From: a virus
DNA: 64,000 nt
Direction: 5' to 3' (one strand)
Virus record (IMG/VR): IMGVR_UViG_3300021197_001995
Location: 95,042-159,041 of that record
The translations under genes and the position numbers were made by a program. Below the pieces are notes generated by a model. The model ran no database searches, was not told the origin of the DNA, and saw only the letters and a program-made list of their open reading frames with translations. Positions 47,235 through 57,219 of this stretch are shown in pieces. Numbering within the stretch: position 1 is the first letter of the stretch; each line of letters opens with the position of its first letter.

Positions 47235-47964
47235 AAGTAGGAGATACAGTGACCATGGACCCGGGCTGTCAGCCTCCTGGTCTTTATGGGGTGGGCCTAA
47301 TCGTGCGTATTTTCCCCTGTGAGGACAACTGGTCTGGTCCTTCTCGTGCAACTGTTTATTGGCAAGCCAACGGTAAACCGCGCTTTGGTAGGTGCTCAAC
47401 TCGATACTTGTTAAGGTGGGTGAAATGATAAAAGTAGGTGACTTGGTAAGAATGCCCCCTAATCCTTCGTATTGGTGGGGAGGGCAAGTTGGTATAATTG
47501 ATATTGTAGAACCAGAGGGCAGCAGTTATGTTCAGTATCGTGTATGTGTTCCAGGTATCGGTTTCGCTCGCTTTGGCGATGTGACATTTGTGGAGGTGCT
47601 GAGTGAGAGTCGGTGATTTAGTGAGATATAATTATGACAGTCTCTGGGTAGGAAGAGTCGTGGAGCTTGGCGCGACGATGCACAAAGTTGCGTGGAACGA
47701 GAATCTGATTCATGGCAACGTAACTGAGTGGGTACCCAAGCACGCCCTGGAGATAGTGGATGAATAAGGGAGACATAGTGAGATACAAGCCTTGGCCTCA
47801 CGTAGAACTGCACGCGTCAGGATGCACAGGTGTGGTCACCCGCGGACGATATATCCTCGACGGCAATGAGTATGCAATAGTTGACGTTGTGTGGTCGAAA
47901 GACAGGCCACAGTGCCCAGCAGGTAAGGTCATGTGGGAATTTGAAGATGAATTGGAGAAAATAA

Positions 47965-48288
47965 ATGGATAAGAGAGAACCTTTTGAAGTGGGCGAAGAC
48001 CCGGTAAAAGCACGACGAAGGATAATGACGCAAGGCGTCAACATCCTGCATTCGCTCGTGGAATCATACAACGAAGGATTATTAGATGACCCTACTAGTG
48101 CTGCTAATCTTTGCACAATGTTTGCACTTGTTGCAGAAGGTAAGGTGACTGGCAACTTCGATGACGAAACCGGTTGCACAAAATGGAGCCTTACAGACAA
48201 TTACATGGCACGTCTTCGAGAGGCAGAAGAGATGATTTTGGGGTCAAAAATAATTAAAGGACCATGGGAGAAAACTGTTGACAATTAG
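47965..48288 (+). CDS. hypothetical protein
   Basis: 107 aa ORF; its 3' end overlaps TTGACA-17-TATAAT (48278-48306). Confidence 0.6.
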   Translation: MDKREPFEVGEDPVKARRRIMTQGVNILHSLVESYNEGLLDDPTSAANLCTMFALVAEGKVTGNFDDETGCTKWSLTDNYMARLREAEEMILGSKIIKGPWEKTVDN

Positions 48289-48334
48289 CTAAAACCCTGT
48301 TATAATTATATTATAACAATTGAGGAGCATTTAG

Positions 48335-48535
48335 ATGGAAGCCGTTTGTATTGATTGTCACACTGACTTTAACCCAAAGCGACTTGAGCTTGGGTATCGC
48401 ACTTGTCTTGATTGTGGTTCAACCCGCGCCCTCCGCGAGATGAATCGCAAGGCAAAGTGCTCTGCGCCTGCTTATAACAAGGGCGCATACCAGTATGTTG
48501 GCTCAGTTGAGGCTGCAAGGGGAGTGGGGCGATGA
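48335..48535 (+). CDS. Zn-finger protein (DksA/TraR C4-like)
   Basis: CIDC...PKRLELG..TCLDC. Confidence 0.6.
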   Translation: MEAVCIDCHTDFNPKRLELGYRTCLDCGSTRALREMNRKAKCSAPAYNKGAYQYVGSVEAARGVGR

Positions 48536-49054
48536 AGGTTGGAGACGTCGTCTGTTTGTCTGAATATGGTATTGCCAGAGACTTCAACAGGACTATCACG
48601 AACGATGATCCTTATCAGGTCGGCGTGATCGTGAAGGAGTTCCCTGGCGAGTATCCTTACAGGGTTCATTGGATGAAAGCTACCAATGCTCGCCGGTTTC
48701 TGGTCAATTCACACTCAAGACGGGAGTTGAAGTATGCAGGTCGGTAGCTTGATTAAATATTATGGCAACTGGACCGACATTGGCGTCGTATTATGGGTAA
48801 ACACCGAAGGCGGAACAGTCAAGGTCCACACCAATAATAAGATCTGCTGGTGGGTTATTAGCGGCTGCGAGGTAATCAGTGAAAGTCGGTGATTTAGTGA
48901 CATTCAAGGATACCTTCTATCGAGAGTCTTACGGCGCCGGCGTGGTACTTGAAAAGTACCACTCTTCAGATGACTATGGATTCGTGGTTCTCTTCTGCCG
49001 AGATGAGAAGGTCCATGTGCGCCAAGAAGAATTGAAAATAATCAATAAAAGTCC

Positions 49055-49083
49055 TTGACTTTCAATGGTTTAGCTGCTATACT
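49055..49083 (+). promoter_or_regulatory. sigma70-type promoter, near-copy of the one at 36417
   Basis: TTGACT-ttcaatggtttagctgc-TATACT. Confidence 0.8.
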
Positions 49084-49298
49084 ATTAGAGTAGAAACAAT
49101 CGAGAAAGGTTATTTTTCTATGGCTGGTAAAGCAAGAATGAGATTTATTGCGAGGTCGAACCGACTTTGCTTTGAGCGTGACAGTGGACACTATGCAGGG
49201 CAAGCTATCTACGGCGTTGACTGTATTTATTGTCACGAGTATTTTCCCAATGTAAAGAAGCCAGAGCTTGGCGGTCATGTATGCAGGAGTTGTAAGTA

Positions 49299-49646
49299 AT
49301 GGGTTATCGTAGCGAGGTTGCATTTGCATGTGATCCAATCATTAAAGATGTGGTTGAGACTGTGGCAGAGTGGGACAAAGAATTAAAAGAATTGATTGAC
49401 TATGCCGACGATTTATCAAACGACGACCATGGGCGCTGGAGATTCGAGGATGTCAAGTGGTATGAAGGCTATCCCGACGTACAAATCATAGAAAACATTA
49501 TGGTAATGTGTGACAATGTAGACGTTTCCGGTCTTGCATACGATTCATACGGCTTCATCCGCATCGGAGAAGAGTATGAAGACATTGAGCAGAAGGGTGA
49601 TACATCTGCGTTTGACCTTTACGTCAACAGGAGCATAGAAATATGA
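49299..49646 (+). CDS. hypothetical phage protein
   Basis: MGYRSEV...VKWYEGY...FIRIGEE. Confidence 0.7.
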   Translation: MGYRSEVAFACDPIIKDVVETVAEWDKELKELIDYADDLSNDDHGRWRFEDVKWYEGYPDVQIIENIMVMCDNVDVSGLAYDSYGFIRIGEEYEDIEQKGDTSAFDLYVNRSIEI

Positions 49647-49894
49647 TTAAAGAAGGTACAATCGTAAAGGGCAATAGGAATAATAAGACAGTTTCAGGCG
49701 TTATCACCAAGACGAAGACACTCAAGCGTAAATCAGCAGCTTATGGTCGAAGCGAGGTCGAGCTTGAAATCACGTTGGCAGAGGTTCTCTTTCAGAAAGA
49801 AGGTTACGAGCGAGCCATCTATGCTTATGTTGAAAATGAGTTTCACATTATCAAGGACAGTAAAGACGCACCAGCAGGATTGGAGTTAGCATGA
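49643..49894 (+). CDS. SH3-like hypothetical protein
   Basis: IKEGTIV...GVI. Confidence 0.55.
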   Translation: MIKEGTIVKGNRNNKTVSGVITKTKTLKRKSAAYGRSEVELEITLAEVLFQKEGYERAIYAYVENEFHIIKDSKDAPAGLELA

Positions 49895-50060
49895 ACGAAG
49901 ACACATTAACCGAAGCATTCAACGTCGCTGCTATCGTAGCACTACTCAATCATAAATTCGCTGTAAATTATGATAACGAAGACAAGGCAGAAGTCTTGAC
50001 AGAAGTGTTAAATGATGTTAAACTATTACTACAACCAACAACGAACAATGAGGTTCACTA

Positions 50061-50549
50061 ATGAAGTATAAATCTTTTATCAACAAACTCAAGAAGCGGC
50101 TCGGCACCAAAGACTTAGACATAAGTGCCTCAGAATGGGGTGTCAACGGACGCAAAGAGTGGCTTGTGTATGACGGAACCGTTGCATCATGGCGTGTTGA
50201 GCCAAGCGACTTCCGCGACCCGGACTCTCCTCGATGCGTGACTGGCTTTCACACGAAAGGAGTGGGCCAAGAGTCTGACCCACACACTGACTATTTCCCT
50301 GGCACCTGGTGGCAAAACGCAACGCAGTTGGTTGATAGATTAAAATCACCACCAGCAAAGTATCCAGCCGGCTCACTCGTTCGGGGCAAGGATAACAAAA
50401 GAGCCAAGCGATTTGGCTACGCTGGGAAGCACGCACTTGTAACCAAGGCAGACGATGCCCGTTATCTTGGACTACAGTTTGTCGGTGATGAAGTCCCGGC
50501 TTCTTACCACAACTGTTATCCAGCACGAGATTTTGAGTTGGTTTCGTAA
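50061..50549 (+). CDS. hypothetical protein with C-terminal SH3-like domain
   Basis: YPAGSLV...ALV...RDFELV. Confidence 0.6.
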   Translation: MKYKSFINKLKKRLGTKDLDISASEWGVNGRKEWLVYDGTVASWRVEPSDFRDPDSPRCVTGFHTKGVGQESDPHTDYFPGTWWQNATQLVDRLKSPPAKYPAGSLVRGKDNKRAKRFGYAGKHALVTKADDARYLGLQFVGDEVPASYHNCYPARDFELVS

Positions 50550-50734
50550 TGGCGAGCAAGGAAATCATGCGCTTCCGCTATCGAATCGGTAAAGATGCGA
50601 GTCTCGAAGTAATTGCAACAGAGAAGATTTGTCTGAAGAGAAAAGAAGAATTGATAGCTGAACACAATGGGAACATTAAGATCTCAAAAATGGTGCCAGC
50701 TTCAACCCATCCGTGTGGAGCACCTCACGTTTGA
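50549..50734 (+). CDS. hypothetical protein
   Basis: 61 aa ORF with TAATG overlap. Confidence 0.5.
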   Translation: MASKEIMRFRYRIGKDASLEVIATEKICLKRKEELIAEHNGNIKISKMVPASTHPCGAPHV

Positions 50735-50807
50735 GGGCTACTAGCTCAACTGGCAGAGCATCGGACTTTTAATCCGCAGGTTCAGGGTTCGAGTCCCTGG
50801 TGGCCCA
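50735..50807 (+). tRNA. tRNA-Lys(UUU)
   Basis: Acceptor GGGCTAC/GTGGCCC; anticodon arm CGGA-CTTTTAA-TCCG; T-loop GTTCGAG. Confidence 0.93.
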
Positions 50808-50820
50808 CAAAATTATAACT

Positions 50821-50892
<72 letters not shown>

Positions 50893-50900
50893 TATTTTAT

Positions 50901-50977
<77 letters not shown>

Positions 50978-51218
50978 AGGAGATAGGTTGAAAGATTATC
51001 TTATCTGGTACAGAAAGCCGTATGACACACACGACAGGGTTTGCGGCACCGCTAGAAATTACGAAGCAGCAGAAAAATTAGCAGAGTCTATCTTTTTAGA
51101 TCTACGCTCAAGAAGAAAAGAAGTGTTGTCGGCTGGCGTCAAGCGATCTCTTGCCGGCACATTGTATTCTGATGATGATTTTGATCTACGTTGGGTCGTA
51201 AAAAAAGATAAATAGTTA

Positions 51219-51247
51219 TTGACAAATCGTTGAAAACTTGATATACT
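51219..51247 (+). promoter_or_regulatory. sigma70-type promoter
   Basis: TTGACA-17-TATACT. Confidence 0.8.
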
Positions 51248-51270
51248 GTAAGTATAGAAAATAAAGAATT

Positions 51271-51344
<74 letters not shown>

Positions 51345-51454
51345 CAAATATTAAATGGAGAAGTAGATGTTAGACTTTTTGGGAAGTGTTATGACGATCG
51401 CAGCCGGCTTGTGGGTCGGCCAACTGTTAATCGACTGGTATAGGAGAAAATAAG

Positions 51455-51646
51455 ATGTTCCTAGAAACACACACGGGCGAATACATTAACGTCGACCGGC
51501 GTTATTTGGAAAAGGCAACAAGAACCGAATTGGTTTCGTTTTTAGAACTCAGAGGTTCCGCATGTTATGATGACGAGTCAACGGAGTTGTTAAGAGAAGC
51601 TGCCCTCGACGACTATGACTGCGAGTATGACGGAGCACCACGATGA
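51455..51646 (+). CDS. hypothetical protein
   Basis: 63 aa ORF with AGGAG RBS. Confidence 0.6.
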   Translation: MFLETHTGEYINVDRRYLEKATRTELVSFLELRGSACYDDESTELLREAALDDYDCEYDGAPR

Positions 51647-51909
51647 CAACCTCTAATAGAGAAATTGGGAATTTGTTCGATAAGTATAATCCAAACAAAA
51701 TAAGGTCAGGAGACAGAGTAGTCGTAAAGGTAGGCTCGGCGCCTTACCAGGCACGAGTCGTTGGACTTGAAATAGATATTAAAAATCAAAAAGTGTTTGC
51801 AAATTTAAAATTGTTTGACACAACAAAAAGGAATCCAATCCGCGTAGATGTCGCTGATTGCACCTCAGCCGGCCCACTTTACCCCGGACACCACAACAAT
51901 GGAGAATAA
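51643..51909 (+). CDS. SH3-like small protein
   Basis: IRSGDRVVV...ARVV. Confidence 0.55.
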   Translation: MTTSNREIGNLFDKYNPNKIRSGDRVVVKVGSAPYQARVVGLEIDIKNQKVFANLKLFDTTKRNPIRVDVADCTSAGPLYPGHHNNGE

Positions 51910-51913
51910 CAAG

Positions 51914-52135
51914 ATGAAAAAAGAGAAGACTGAACATAGCAATGCAAGCTACCGCCGCACAGCGCGCCAACTTGTGGACATGTCAGACCCCAAGAGAAAG
52001 GAAATGCTCAAGGGGTTTCCGTCGGACCTACGCTGCAAAATTGTAGAAGAGATGGTAAACATCCGACTCACGAGAATGAGAGACAAAGAAACCGGCTTAA
52101 TCCGACCACCAATGGCTGAAGAGAGTAAGAGATAG
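51914..52135 (+). CDS. hypothetical protein
   Basis: ORF after GGAG. Confidence 0.5.
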   Translation: MKKEKTEHSNASYRRTARQLVDMSDPKRKEMLKGFPSDLRCKIVEEMVNIRLTRMRDKETGLIRPPMAEESKR

Positions 52136-52136
52136 T

Positions 52137-52394
52137 ATGAAACCAGTAGTAAATTCATTAGTAGCAGAAGCATGGGCACTTGGCAACCCCGCGAAGAATC
52201 ACAAGGGAACATTCCACACAGATGGAAAGAGGATCTATTCTTACGAGCTGCAACTCGGAGACACCTCAGAGGACGGAAAGAAGATTGTGAAGGACTACAC
52301 CGCACGAGGTAGCTACGGATTCAGGACAATGACGACATCCCAGCACGTCGGACTACTTCGATACATCCACGGACATGACACCATCGTGGTTTAG
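52137..52394 (+). CDS. hypothetical phage protein
   Basis: DGKRIYSY...TTSQHV. Confidence 0.65.
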   Translation: MKPVVNSLVAEAWALGNPAKNHKGTFHTDGKRIYSYELQLGDTSEDGKKIVKDYTARGSYGFRTMTTSQHVGLLRYIHGHDTIVV

Positions 52395-52412
52395 CATTCG
52401 GCGGTATTTTTT

Positions 52413-52637
52413 ATGAAAGATAAACTCAAGGTCGGAGACATGGTGATATATGATCACAAATCGGTTAACCCTTATACTGGAGTCATAAAAAGCATTGAAA
52501 CTGACAAGTGGGGATACCAGAACAATGTCTTCATACATTGGCAAGGGAGATGTCCGCATGTATACACTGACTTGCACGGATTTTCAGGCTTCAACATTCG
52601 TAACCGTCCTCACGAGTTTCTCCTCATCAGGCAGTAA
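52413..52637 (+). CDS. MKVGDLV-family-like small protein
   Basis: LKVGDMV...GVI...VFIHW. Confidence 0.65.
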   Translation: MKDKLKVGDMVIYDHKSVNPYTGVIKSIETDKWGYQNNVFIHWQGRCPHVYTDLHGFSGFNIRNRPHEFLLIRQ

Positions 52638-52645
52638 GACTTTTT

Positions 52646-52900
52646 ATGAAACATGAACTCAAGCCGGGTGAGCTAGTACAAATCTGGGACCACTCGCCCG
52701 ATGAAGTGTCCGGCTCGACGATTACAGAACGCGGATCGATAGGTTACCTTGTCAGACCAGGCATACAAAAGGGTTCTATTATCAGTGGTGTAATTTGGGA
52801 GGTGATTTGTTTCGGCCAAGATCCACCAGTAACGCACAATGTGCACGAGTCGTGGTTAAGGGTGATTCACACCTCATCGGACATAAAAAAAAAGACATAG
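52646..52900 (+). CDS. SH3-like small protein
   Basis: LKPGELV...GYLV...WEVI...ESWLRVI. Confidence 0.6.
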   Translation: MKHELKPGELVQIWDHSPDEVSGSTITERGSIGYLVRPGIQKGSIISGVIWEVICFGQDPPVTHNVHESWLRVIHTSSDIKKKT

Positions 52901-52905
52901 ACCCC

Positions 52906-52945
52906 TAAAATAGTTCTTGACTTTTGGTTAAAACCTTGATAGTAT
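52906..52945 (+). promoter_or_regulatory. sigma70-type promoter with shared upstream element TAAAATAGTTC
   Basis: TAAAATAGTTC-TTGACT-17-TAGTAT; the same leader occurs at 53737 and 54535. Confidence 0.75.
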
Positions 52946-52991
52946 GTATATAGAAACAATGAGGAATTAACCAAAAACAAAGGATTTTATT

Positions 52992-53297
52992 ATGAAGTGG
53001 TTATATAAATTGGAATGCGACCTTGATCTCAACATGCCAACAGCTTGGAGCGGCTTCGTCAAAGCGAAGACGAAGAACGAAGCGCACAAGGCAATCTTGA
53101 CAAAGCTGGGTGTTGACAAGATGCCGACAAATACCATCGTAGCGACTCAAGCGGATTTAATCGCCGGCAAGGCACCCAAGAAACTCCGCCGTGTCTCTGT
53201 CTCGAAGCCAGCACCGAAGGTTAAGGCATTCGAGGATGTCGGGATGACGTTCGACCAAGCCGAAGCTCTATTGAAGCAGTTCGGACTGAAAAACTAA
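52992..53297 (+). CDS. hypothetical protein
   Basis: 101 aa ORF with AAGGA RBS. Confidence 0.65.
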   Translation: MKWLYKLECDLDLNMPTAWSGFVKAKTKNEAHKAILTKLGVDKMPTNTIVATQADLIAGKAPKKLRRVSVSKPAPKVKAFEDVGMTFDQAEALLKQFGLKN

Positions 53298-53736
53298 AAA
53301 GGTGGAAGCCTTTATCGAAGACGCGTCAAACTTTGAAACCGTAATGTTTTATGGTTTGATGTGCGTTACTTTTCTTTTATTTCTTTGGTCTGTGAGAATG
53401 TGAATGAGTTTGTGGAGAACGATGAAGGGCAAGTTAATGTTGACCTTTCCTTATACAGTGTTTGTGGGTCGATCGCCCAAGTGGGAATTGTCCCATCGAC
53501 GTTACGACTTGGTGTTATCGGAAGATACGACAACCCCATACAGTATCCTACGCGTGGGCCCATTAGAATTTTTCATTCGACCGGCCGCGCGCGAATTGGA
53601 TTGGTTTTAAGATGGATTGGGTCGCTCTTGGTTCGTTGCTTGCCGTGTTTACAGGTTGTTTGATTTTTACATTCACAATCTCGATGAGACGTTGATTTGA
53701 CGATGCCAATCGCCGGTATTTTTTTTGCAAACAGAC

Positions 53737-53776
53737 TAAAATAGTTCTTGACAAAAGCTAATAAACCGGGTATAAT
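53737..53776 (+). promoter_or_regulatory. sigma70-type promoter
   Basis: TAAAATAGTTC-TTGACA-17-TATAAT. Confidence 0.85.
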
Positions 53777-53804
53777 GGTAACATAAACAATTAAGGAATA
53801 ACAA

Positions 53805-54035
53805 ATGTTGAAGATAGTTTTGATTGTAGCGTTACTTGCTTCAATCGGTTGCGATGAAGAAAAAATGTCATGCACTTCCACAGTGGAATGCACAGATGAT
53901 AAAGAGATGGTGTGTGACTTGCCGGTAACACATGAATATCCTAATGGCGAAGTGATAGAAGTAAGAGCTTGCACGTATGTCACTTATGAGAATTGCCTTG
54001 AACAAACGATTTGTAAGCCAAAGGATAGCAAATGA
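53805..54035 (+). CDS. small Cys-rich lipoprotein
   Basis: MLKIVLIVALLASIGC lipobox; six further Cys. Confidence 0.7.
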   Translation: MLKIVLIVALLASIGCDEEKMSCTSTVECTDDKEMVCDLPVTHEYPNGEVIEVRACTYVTYENCLEQTICKPKDSK

Positions 54036-54310
54036 AAACAGTAGAAGAAATGATTAACGCGTATAAGAACATGCTTGATCATCCATCATCCATGTCGTTT
54101 TATCGAGAAGCGAAGTATCAATACATCGACATGGCTAAGGGCGGTGACGGTGGTGACCTAGGCTTCGAGCGCAACGGCGAAACTACTTGCCGTGGTATCA
54201 ACTATAAAGGATACCCCGATTCATTCTTTCGCGAAGTAAGCGAGCGAATGGGTTGGTTGCCACGTAAGGAAACCATCACGCTTGAGGCGTATTCAGCCGA
54301 CCCTATTTAG
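54032..54310 (+). CDS. hypothetical protein
   Basis: 92 aa ORF with ATGA overlap. Confidence 0.65.
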   Translation: MKTVEEMINAYKNMLDHPSSMSFYREAKYQYIDMAKGGDGGDLGFERNGETTCRGINYKGYPDSFFREVSERMGWLPRKETITLEAYSADPI

Positions 54311-54511
54311 GGTCGCACCGTGGGGAACATAGACCAGAGACGTAATGATTCAGGATTAGCATTGTTGTCAAGTGCCCCAAACGCGGCACATTGTTGTCAA
54401 GCTAACCGAAGTTCAACGTCGTGGTTGCGTAAGCGTGGGAACGATTCCCAGGTAGGCTATGTTTAGTTGTGGGAAGTTGGGAACCCACAGCATTTGTGTC
54501 GGTCGTGACAC
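54298..54511 (+). ncRNA. candidate structured non-coding RNA
   Basis: Hairpins CGACCCT/AGGGTCG, TGGGAA/TTCCCA, TGTGGG/CCCACA and GTGTC/GACAC; long-range AACATAG/CTATGTT; direct repeat CATTGTTGTCAAG x2. Confidence 0.45.
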
Positions 54512-54534
54512 TAAAATAAAAAGACACTTGACCT

Positions 54535-54574
54535 TAAAATAGTTCTTGACTTTTGGTCGAAGTCTTGGTATAAT
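54535..54574 (+). promoter_or_regulatory. sigma70-type promoter
   Basis: TAAAATAGTTC-TTGACT-17-TATAAT. Confidence 0.85.
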
Positions 54575-54642
54575 ACTTGTATAGAGAATGAGGGATTGGC
54601 TTTCTTTCTTTATAAAACAAACTACCTCGAAAGGGTAACATT

Positions 54643-54888
54643 ATGAAGCGCATCGTATCAAACATTCAAAACCTAGGTTTCACCATCATGAACGCGGAGA
54701 GCAACGATAAGAAGCAATCAGCCGGTGGCATCATCCTTGACCAGACACTCGTCAATGGTCACTCACAGGGCGTTAGCGTCCGACTTATCAACGGAGGCCG
54801 CAAGTCGGCAGCCGTGAAGCTCGACAAGCAGGCACTAACCAACCTGCTTGAGGCGGTAAATGAAGTGCTTTCAACAGAGCAGGCTTAA
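54643..54888 (+). CDS. hypothetical protein, paralogue of 56679-56915
   Basis: Shares SNI.NLG.T..N, DQT..NG and RLINGGRKSAA.KLD with the minus-strand copy. Confidence 0.8.
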   Translation: MKRIVSNIQNLGFTIMNAESNDKKQSAGGIILDQTLVNGHSQGVSVRLINGGRKSAAVKLDKQALTNLLEAVNEVLSTEQA

Positions 54889-55113
54889 CCTAGGTCGTAC
54901 AAGGCTTATGGCGTTGTGCCTTGCTTTCACAAAACAACGCCACCATTTGACTTGAACCAATAACGAATCGCGGAGATTAAAAGAAATAATGTTTAACACA
55001 TCATCAAGAGTAGTAAGAGTAAGAGATCAATCATTCATTGCGAATAGAGCAGTGATACGAATGACAACACGACCTAGCACACCAACACCAACCGCGAACA
55101 AAGGAAACAAATA

Positions 55114-55308
55114 ATGTTTATCGAATCAAACGCAGCAACTCACCCACGCCACAAGAATGGCTTGGCACTCGAACAACGTAGAGCTGGAAAGGAAACTCTT
55201 ATTCAGTGGAGCAATGGTGACCAGCAATGGTGTAACACTAAAGACCTGGACTATCAAGGTTCAGACATGACCCTTATCGGAGGCGCGGAGTATGTTAACA
55301 ATGGCTAG
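55114..55308 (+). CDS. SH3-like hypothetical protein
   Basis: GLALE...TLIQWSNG.QQW...DL. Confidence 0.55.
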   Translation: MFIESNAATHPRHKNGLALEQRRAGKETLIQWSNGDQQWCNTKDLDYQGSDMTLIGGAEYVNNG

Positions 55309-55619
55309 AAGAAAGAATAGTTCAGTTAGTTCATCATGGGCTAAAACAAAGAAGCGTTAAAGCAGTAGCGAATAACCCCTAAGTGTCACAAGGTAGAAAA
55401 AGCTTTAAAGAAATTCTTTTATGGGTTTGAAAAAAGTGTTTCCTTGTGGGCTTAGGTGGTATAGGGTGTAAGTGGGTGTGATTAAATACATAGACGCTGT
55501 GAATTGTCAACGTCAAAAAAAGAACGCCTCGCGTTAGAAAAAAAACACTTGACAAAGAAAAAACGTCAAGATGTTAACGGCTTGGAGGACACGCGGAGAG
55601 TATGCCGCGATGTAATGAA

Positions 55620-56050
55620 AAGACCTACACGCCAGGCACGTAGCCGGTGTAGGCAAATGTGGGCAGGTGCAGCACATGTAGGCAGAGATGCGCATGTGTG
55701 GGTGTTGACCCCACAGGTAGGGAAATGTAGGTGTAAGACACACAATGTGTTGAATGTACGCATTTTATCCTACCTGTGGGGGAACGTAGGCCCAGGACCC
55801 ACATGTAAGGTAATGTAGGCAAGGTAGTTTTAAAACCTACAGGTAGGATATCGTTCTCACGGATACACTTGATGTGGGACGTTGCAACACTTTATCCTAC
55901 CTGTAGGCCCATGTAGGGAGATGTAGGCAAGGTAGGTAGGTGTAGGTTTTGTCTGGCCCTAGGGCGAGTTAAACTAACCCCTTGAAATCATTAGGTTTTT
56001 AAAATTGGGGTTTTGCTGATTTTGATGTAGGGTAATGTAGGTGTAATACA
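55620..56050. repeat. cluster of GTAGG/CCTAC short repeats (left)
   Basis: More than a dozen (T)GTAGG or CCTAC copies in both orientations, e.g. ATGTAGGCAAGGTAG x2 and TTTATCCTACCTGT x2. Confidence 0.8.
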
Positions 56051-56157
56051 TACAAAGATGCCCCATGGCGCCTGGCGACGCACATGGGGCTGGTGGGGAC
56101 TTTGAAGGGTTCTATTTTTTCTTGGTTTTCGCCCATGAGGAGGCGACTTTTGAACGT

Positions 56158-56328
56158 CTAGCCATGGTTGAACCCCCAATCGTAGCGCGAGGCCTTCGTT
56201 TTGCGCTTGGGTTTATCAAGCCAGCCTTCAAACATACGCGAGTCGCCTAGGCCTCGGCCATTGGCGAGCTGGTAAGCGATACCCGGTAGGGACGGGTCAA
56301 CATATCGTCGGTTGATCAACTTATCCAT
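56158..56328 (-). CDS. hypothetical protein (56 aa, not in ORF track)
   Basis: MDKLINRRYVDPSLPG...NHG*; overlaps the stop of the upstream minus-strand gene. Confidence 0.5.
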   Translation of the reverse strand: MDKLINRRYVDPSLPGIAYQLANGRGLGDSRMFEGWLDKPKRKTKASRYDWGFNHG

Positions 56329-56518
56329 GTGCGCGCACCCCCTGGCGATGCAAGAAGGCGCATCCGTCGGCGTTGAACGCCTTCTTGAGCAGCTCGCGGC
56401 TTAAGCTTTCATTGCCCGTTAACCAAACGGCGTTGGCCTCGCGCAGCATGCGAGCTTTGGGCGATCCAGGCACGACCATGTAATTTGCGCCCTTATAAGC
56501 GACACTGATATATTCCAT
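56321..56518 (-). CDS. hypothetical protein
   Basis: MEYISVAYKG...; AGAGGA RBS on the minus strand. Confidence 0.6.
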   Translation of the reverse strand: MEYISVAYKGANYMVVPGSPKARMLREANAVWLTGNESLSRELLKKAFNADGCAFLHRQGVRAHG

Positions 56519-56645
56519 CTTCAATCCTCTAAACAGGCCCAATCATAGGCCGGCAACATGCATTCCGCGAATGCTAATATAAAACTAACTAAAACAAATT
56601 CTAAAAACACCGGTTTTCCTTTTCAGTCGTTGGTGTGCTAAATGT

Positions 56646-56667
56646 GTGGGGCTCTTTCGAGCCCCGC
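56646..56667 (-). terminator. GNRA-capped hairpin downstream of the minus-strand paralogue
   Basis: GCGGGGCTC-GAAA-GAGCCCCAC on the minus strand; U-tract is weak. Confidence 0.5.
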
Positions 56668-56678
56668 AGGGCTATGAC

Positions 56679-56915
56679 CTAGAAGTCGCCTTCAGTAGCA
56701 AGAATCTCCTGAAGAGCTTCCGCCAAGTCAACAATCGCAGCGCGGTCCAACTTTGCAGCGGCGGACTTGCGACCCCCGTTGATAAGCCGGAAGGATACGA
56801 CCGCCGACTTACCATTCAAGATGGTTTGGTCGATAGTCATGCCAGCCTTTTCGTCCTCGTTGAGAACGGTCATGCCGAGATTGATAATGTTGCTTTTCTG
56901 CTTACGTAATGCCAT
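56679..56915 (-). CDS. hypothetical protein, paralogue of 54643-54888
   Basis: MALRKQKSNIINLG...RLINGGRKSAAAKLD; AAGGTG RBS. Confidence 0.8.
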   Translation of the reverse strand: MALRKQKSNIINLGMTVLNEDEKAGMTIDQTILNGKSAVVSFRLINGGRKSAAAKLDRAAIVDLAEALQEILATEGDF

Positions 56916-56994
56916 GATAGACACCTTTCATTTTTGCGCTATTGCGCGGTTAATACCCGTAACGATGACCACCATCGTTTTCAGGTTATACCTT

Positions 56995-57023
56995 ATTATA
57001 CCAAATAAGGTTGGAGTTGTCAA
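56995..57023 (-). promoter_or_regulatory. perfect sigma70 promoter on the minus strand
   Basis: TTGACA-17-TATAAT with extended TG on the reverse complement. Confidence 0.85.
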
Positions 57024-57219
57024 GAGAAAAGTGAAGTTTTTTTACTTTTTTTTCACTTTAATTTTTTCTCTCTCTCGCCTCCTTATAGTATAATTATACC
57101 ATTTTTTCGAGGAGAAAGCCAATTCCAGCCGTAAGCCCTTGAAATCATTGAGTAAATCCCTTCGCCCTTGAATTTCAAAACGTGACCGTAAGAACTTCAA
57201 TGATTCCGCATACTTAGAG

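Larger units (their letters stand above)
47225..49058 (+). repeat. second cluster of MKVGDLV-family cassettes
   Basis: Genes at 47225-47428, 47425-47616, 47603-47767, 47760-47972, 48532-48747, 48734-48892 and 48879-49058. Junctions GTGAGAGTCGGTGA (47603), ATGCAGGTCGGTAG (48734) and GTGAAAGTCGGTGA (48879). Confidence 0.85.

Noticed and set aside
55504-56250. ORFs called in the GTAGG repeat region
   Set aside because: Low-complexity translations of repeats without RBS; likely non-coding.
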